Shown piece after piece: positions 57,760 through 64,000 of a stretch of DNA of 64,000 bases (position 1 is its first letter; every line of letters begins with the position of its first letter). Below the pieces are notes generated by a model. That model did not search any database, had not been told where the DNA came from, and saw only the letters and a list, made by a program, of their open reading frames with translations. A program made the position numbers and the translations under genes. The stretch comes from the human T2T-CHM13v2.0 reference genome, Homo sapiens. The DNA lies in NCBI RefSeq assembly GCF_009914755.1, contig NC_060928.1; one strand, 5' to 3'.

Positions 57760-60700
57760 TTATAATAGGCTTCATTTTAGAGCAGTTTTAGGTTCACAGC
57801 AATGTTGAAGAGAAGGACCAGAGATTTCCAAGGTACTCTTTGCCTTTACACATGCATAGCATCCCCTATTATCAACATCTCTCACCAGTATGGTACATTT
57901 TTTACAACGGATATATCTACAATGACACATCATAATCCCCACAGTCCACAGTTTACAATGGGGTTCACTCATGGTGTTGTACGTTCTATAAGTTTGGACA
58001 AATTTATAATGACATATATCTAACATTATAATATTATGCACAGTGTTTTCACTGCACTAAAAATCCTCTGTGCTTCACACCCCATCCCCACTGGCAACCA
58101 CTAATCTTTTAGCTGTCATCATTGTTTTGCCTTCCCAGAAAGTCATATGGTTGAAATCATAGTATGCAACCTTTTCAGATTGCATTTTTTCACTTAGTAA
58201 TGCACATTTAAATTCCCTGAATGTCTTTTCATGGGTTAATAGCTTATTTCTCTTTAGTGCTGAATAACATTCCACTGTCCCTGTGTAACAGTTTGTCCAT
58301 TCACCTACTGAAAGACATCTTGGTTGTTTGCAAGTACTGGCAATTGTGGATGCAGCTGCCATAAACATCTTTATGCAGATTTATGTGTGGACATAAGTTT
58401 TCAACTCATTTGAGTAGATACCAAGGAGCATGACTGCTGTACTGTATGGTAAGAATATATTTAGTTTCGTGAGAAACCATCAAATTGCCTTCCAAATGGC
58501 TTTACCATTTTGCATTCCTAAAAGCAATGAATGAGAGTTCCTGTTTTTCCACATCTTCCCAGCATATGATGTCAGTGTTCTGGATTTTGGTTTTTCTATA
58601 AGGTTCACAGTAATATCGCATTATCATTTTCCTGATGACATATAATGTAGAGTCTCTTTTTGTATATTTATTCGCCATTTGTATATCTTTTCTAGTGAAG
58701 TGTCTGTTAAGTTCTTTGGCCCATTTTGTAAAAGGGTTGTTTGGCTTTTAATTTTTCTGTATCTATTGATAAAACTATGTGATTTGTTTTACTTTATCCT
58801 GGTGATGTGATGAACCACATTAATTACTTTTTAAATGTTGGACTAGTCTTGCACAAGTATGATAAATTTTAAGAGTTCTTTGTATATTTTATAAATATAT
58901 ATTACATACATATATGTCTTTTATCAGATAAGACTTTTGCAAATATTTTTTCCAGTTTGTTTCTTGTCTTTTTATTTTCTTGGCACCAGTTTGGTACTTA
59001 TTTTCGTATAGTAGAAATTTTAATTTTAATGAATTCCATCTTATTAATTTTTTTTCAAAAGATCTTTGCCAAATCCAAGGTCATGAAGATTTTGTTGTTA
59101 TACCTTAAGAGTTCTATAGTTTTGTTTATAGTTTTAGTGTAGTTTATAGTTTTACATTTAGGTCTGATATTTATTTTGAGTTAATTTGTGTGAAATGTGT
59201 AAGATGAGTCTAAATCCTTTTTTTTTTTTTTTTTGCATGTGGATGTCTAGTTGCTCCAGCACTATTTGATGAAAAGACTATATTTTCTACATTATGTTGC
59301 CTTTGTTCCTTTGTCAAAGATCAGTTGACTGTATTTAGATAACTTTATTTGTGGGTTTTCAATTCTGTATCATTGATACATTTGTTTTTTCTTTCACTAA
59401 TATCACATTTTCTTGCTTGCTGTAGCTATAGAGGAATCCTTGAAGTAAGGTGACGTCAGTTCTTCAACCTGGTTCTTATTTGTCAATATTGTTTTAGCTA
59501 GGCTGGATCTTTTGCCTCTTCATATATACTTTAGAAACAGTTTGCTAATATGCACAAAATAACTTGCTGGGATTTTAGTAGGGATTGCATTACATCTGTA
59601 CATCTATTTGGAAGGAATTGACATCTTGAAAATACTGAATCTTCCTATCCACTAACATAAAGTATCTCTCCATATATTTAGTTCTTTAGTTTCTTTCACA
59701 TCCAGAGTATTTTAGTTTTCCTCATGCTGGTTATGTAAATGTTTTGTTAGATTTATACCTAAGTATTTTAATTTTTATTAGTAATGAAAATTACATAAAT
59801 ACAAATAAATAAATATAAATAATGTGAATATGCATAAATAACAATTACACATGATTGTTTTATATATAATTTTGAATTGCTCTTATTCATTAGTAGGATA
59901 TACAATATAGTAACATGACTGACTTTCATATATTAACCTGGTATCCTGAAACCTTGCTGCAAATCCATCATAATTCCAGGGGTTCTTTCTGTTTTCTTTT
60001 ACTGTTTGTTTCCTTGGGTTTTTCCAGGCCAATTATTTCAGATATTCTACATAGACAAACATGCCATCTTCAAAGACTTTTAATTTTTCCTTGCCTATCT
60101 GTAAACTCTTTATTTCCTTTTTTTCACATTAGCTAGAACTTCCAGTAAGATGCCACACAGCAGTGGTGAGACTAAACATCCTTTCCTTCTTTCTGATCTT
60201 GCTGGGAAAGTTTTGAGTTTTTCACCATTAAAAATGACGTGACCTGTAGGTCTTTCGGAGATATTATTGATGAAGTTGAGGAAGTTCCCCCTCTATTCCT
60301 ACTTTATTGAGACTTTTATTATGGAGGAGTGTTGGATTTTGTCAAATGATTTCTCTGTATCTGTTGATAAAATTGTGTGATTTTCTTTACTTTATCCTGG
60401 TGATGTGATGAACCACATTAATTGCTTTTTAAATGTTGGACTAGGCTTGCACAAGTAGGATAAATCCCACGTGGTTGCAAAGGATACTTCTTTTTATACA
60501 GTGTTAAATTCATATGCTAATATGTTGTTGAGAATTGTTACATCTATATTTTTGAGGGATTTTGGTTTGTGATTTACTTTTTTTATAAGCCCTCTGTTTT
60601 TGGTGTCAGGGTAATGTTGGCATCATAGAGTGAGTTAGGAAATATTGTACAAAATGATTGTAGAGAATGGGTGTGATTTCTTCCTTAAATATGTAGTAGA

Positions 60701-60795
60701 ATTCACCAATTAATCCATCTGGTCCTGGTACTACTGTTTTGATAGATTATTAATTATTGATTCAATTTTTAAATAAATATATGCCTATTCAAAAA
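57760..60795 (-). mobile_element. 5'-truncated L1MC (L1MC1-like)
   Basis: TTTTAGAGCAGTTTTAGGTTCACAGCAA 3'-end signature, followed by antisense ORF2 remnants. Confidence 0.85.
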
Positions 60796-60879
60796 TGAAA
60801 GATAATTTAAATTGTTCTTGGAAACTGAAAATTGGTGACAAATTAGGTTATTTTAGCAAATATTTGTTCTATCCCTCCT

Positions 60880-61190
60880 CTTTATTAGAAAGGGAGGGCT
60901 GGTGGACATTGGACTTAGCTTTTTGGTTTGCTTCAGCCAATGGAATATGAACAGAAGAAGTATGTCCATGTTAAGCCTTGCTTTACAAAGCATTATAAAT
61001 GTTCATATACCTGGGAGCTACTGACTTCTACCTGATGAGTGTATGTTCTCAAAGCTGCTGGTTCTTACTGTTTTAGTTTTGTCCCGGTATTTGCCTGTTA
61101 CAGGTCTCACTCATCTGGCTTAGAAGCCAGGCAGCTACAATTATTCCAACTGAACAAACACATTAATAAACTTTGCATAAAAAATTGAGG
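60880..61190 (+). mobile_element. Old MLT1-type LTR fragment
   Basis: TTTGCTTCAGCCAATGGAATATGAACAGAAG..AATAAA. Confidence 0.45.
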
Positions 61191-61299
61191 CTCCTTACAT
61201 AATTAAAGTGAATGAACTTTAGCACATGAATTTTGGAGTAAGTATTTTTGATGCAAAGAGACTTTGTTTAACCTCACAAGGTTATAAATGTTCAAATCG

Positions 61300-61672
61300 C
61301 TGTGTTCCCTCTCTGGGCATTTCTCTCAGAGGGAATGTTTTATATCTTCAACATGTCAAAGTGGAGCATGATCATGTAACTTGATTGGCCTGTGAAATGT
61401 AACAGGAAGTTACAAGTTTAGCATATAAGCAGAAGTTTTAAGAGCCATTATGAGTCCACCACATTTCTGTTCATTCTACTTGGAAACTGACAATAATAAA
61501 GACAAAAGCTGTTTAATTTAATCTGCTCCATAATGAATAGGTCTTTGAGGAAAGCTACAGTTCATCCACATTGAGCATGTCATATAAGTGAGCATTAGAC
61601 TTTTGTTATTGTACATTATTGATTATTTGGAGTCATTGCTTACTTTAAACTGAGCAGTCCTCTTATTAATTG
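61300..61672 (+). mobile_element. Old MLT1-type LTR
   Basis: CATGTAACTTG..GGCCTGTGAAATGTAACAGGAAGT..CAGAAGTTTTAAGAGCCA..GACTTTTGTTATTGTA. Confidence 0.65.
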
Positions 61673-62294
61673 TATTGTCCAAGTAGTGTGGTTTTATTTT
61701 AAGATAACTAGAATAAATCTACTGAAGTAAAGAAACCTCACATCCTATATCCCTGAGAGATAACAGATTTAAAATTGATTTCAAAAATTTAGAGCACTTC
61801 AAATTTTGAAGTGATGGTCATATACTTATTTTTCCTACTTAAAGATTTATGTTACAGTTTTTAAAATATGACAAATATGAAATGAGTTTCAAGCAAAAAT
61901 AATTAGGGAGGAAAATCAATTTTAGAAAGTTCATATCACTAATGAATTGTTTGACATCAAACCACAGAGATAGAGGCTACAATTATTTCTGCATCATTGG
62001 CTCACTGTCCTCATAAATGCTACCACGTATTGCCAGCCACTAAAAATGATTGCATTACTTTTTAAATTTAACTATGTGGATTGCATGCTCTTGGAAGAAT
62101 TTGTCCTCAACGTATAAACAAATTCAGAGTATCTGACATTAGAGAGAACAATGAAAATTTTATCATTACATATGTCTGAAATTCTAAAAAAAGTTTGATG
62201 ATTATATGAACCATGAAGGTTCAACACATAATTGAATTGCTTTGGTGATCCTATGTAAAAATAGCTTATGTTTTGTCAAGGAAGTTGATCTCAC

Positions 62295-62660
62295 TCATTC
62301 CCATTACTTTGAATGCCATATATTTTCATATTCTCAAATGTATATTACCAGCACCAACTTGTTTTCAAAGCTGCAGACTTACACATACAACTGGATGTTT
62401 AACCAGTCTGCATGATTGTCTCAGAGTAATTTCAAAGTTAAATGACCAGAACTGAGTCCTATATGTATTAGGCAAAAAACTGTGTCTACCCCATTAATAA
62501 CATCAACACTCAAACAGTTTTTAAGCCAGAATCTTTACGTCAACTGTGATAATTCAACTTAATTATCTAAGAAATCTCATCATTCTTTTGATACAACTTT
62601 ATATATTTAAGATAAGCTCATTTCTGCTGTCTCTATTCTCAATATTATTGACTAGAGATC
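62295..62660 (+). mobile_element. L2 fragment
   Basis: TCTCAAATGTATATTACCAGC..GCTGCAGACTTACACATACAACTG..TTCAAAGTTAAATGACCAGAACTGA. Confidence 0.6.
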
Positions 62661-62964
62661 CTAGTATATAGTAGGTACATTCACTGAAGACATTAACAGA
62701 GACTGGATAGATTAACTCATATAGCCAGTTTATTGAATGCTCTTATGTGAACAATAAAACACTTTATAAATATGCCTCCCATTTTTAAATGAACTATATG
62801 ACATTGATATACAAGCAATAATTTAAGAAGAAATATGTTACAATGATATAGAAAGCTGCTGTCACACTGTCTTTGTTACAGGTTCTTCTAATGATTGAAG
62901 GATCTTTAAAAATAAACTGACAAAATCACGAAAGCTGTCTTTAATTCAAATTTAATTGAATGCA

Positions 62965-63570
62965 CCTGCTAGAATAGTCTAGGTTGTGTTGCAAAACCCA
63001 GTGGTTTAAAACAGTCCATGCTTATTTTCTACACATACTGCATATATATCACAGATTAACTGGTGTATCTGCCCTGCATTCTCCTCACTTTAGAATCTAT
63101 ACTGACAAAGCAGAAGTCATCTGCAACATTGACTGTTTCTAAGGCAAAAGCTAAAAGAAAAGGTAATTAAATTAGGTTAGGTTCTTCCAGCTTCGGTCTG
63201 GTGATAAATGTATGCATTCCACCCATATTTCATCAGCACAAAACATGTTACTTCAGGGAGGTAGGTGAATTAAATCCTACCATGTTCCCGTATGAGAACC
63301 AGTTAAAAACCATAATAAAAATAGTAATATTTATTTGCGTCTACACTTCTGATCACCAACTATTTAGTCCAATCTCCTTTACATTTTCGAGATACACACA
63401 GCATATCCTCAAGAAATGCAAAACCCCTTCTAATCATGACATCGAGCTCAAACTCCAGACTCTCTGAATGATATAAGATATGCCTATTTAACCTAGCAAC
63501 CTATGAACTAAAAGACATTATCTGCTTTCCTAGAGCTCATTACCTACCCCCAAGCATTTGGGGAGAAAAC
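62965..63570 (-). mobile_element. Old MLT1-type LTR plus adjoining internal fragment
   Basis: CAGTGGTTTAAAACA..TTATTTTCT..CATCTGCAACATTG..AAATCCTACCATGT; int-like ACCTATGAACTAAAAGACA. Confidence 0.6.
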
Positions 63571-64000
63571 AATAATTTTAAGGCTTATAAAGTATTTTTT
63601 TTAGTCGAGGCTGATAGATATTTTGAATTTAAGACTTAAACTCTGCTTTTATATTTATTGTCTGTCAGCTTCACAAGCTTTCATATAAACTCTTCTCTCC
63701 TGAAATGTATTGCTGTAAGCATCAAATTTTTATTGGCTACCACAGGTGGTATTAACAACTTTTTTCTAGATCAGCAATTTCATCAGGCCTATGCTGTACT
63801 TTATAAGTTACTATACACAACACTTTACAAACTACCACAGCATGACCTGGATTTTCATCTTTCCAGCTTCTGATGTTTTTCTCACTACTCACCAATGAAC
63901 AATTAAGCCATCTCTACATCATGTAAATATGTCTTCCAGCACCACCTCATTCCTAGCATCAAGTTATATACTAGTCACTCTACTATCCTGCTTAGTACAT

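Overview
AT-rich, repeat-dense mammalian DNA, almost certainly human: it carries an AluYb-lineage element with the human-specific 7-bp duplication, a HERV-K(HML-2) LTR5 and L1PA elements. I find no intact protein-coding gene, RNA gene or CpG island. Nearly all ORFs in the track are L1, Alu or LTR fragments or chance ORFs. The only gene-derived sequence is a decayed, intronless KRAB zinc-finger retrocopy on the minus strand (~15.8-18.36 kb). It is split by an L1PA insertion and by an ~860-bp insert made of two apparently local pieces: a copy of unique DNA from ~2.4 kb upstream, and a THE1 internal segment missing from the internally deleted THE1 provirus ~1.2 kb downstream. Other notable structures are a twin-primed 5'-inverted L1PA, a full-length old L1PA carrying an LTR10C, a Tigger2a split by a 6.7-kb L1, a second locally templated 117-bp insertion and several AT palindromes. 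I see no evidence of a new biological system; the interesting signals are retrotransposition and DNA-repair scars. Subfamily names come from recalled consensus sequences and need RepeatMasker/Dfam confirmation.
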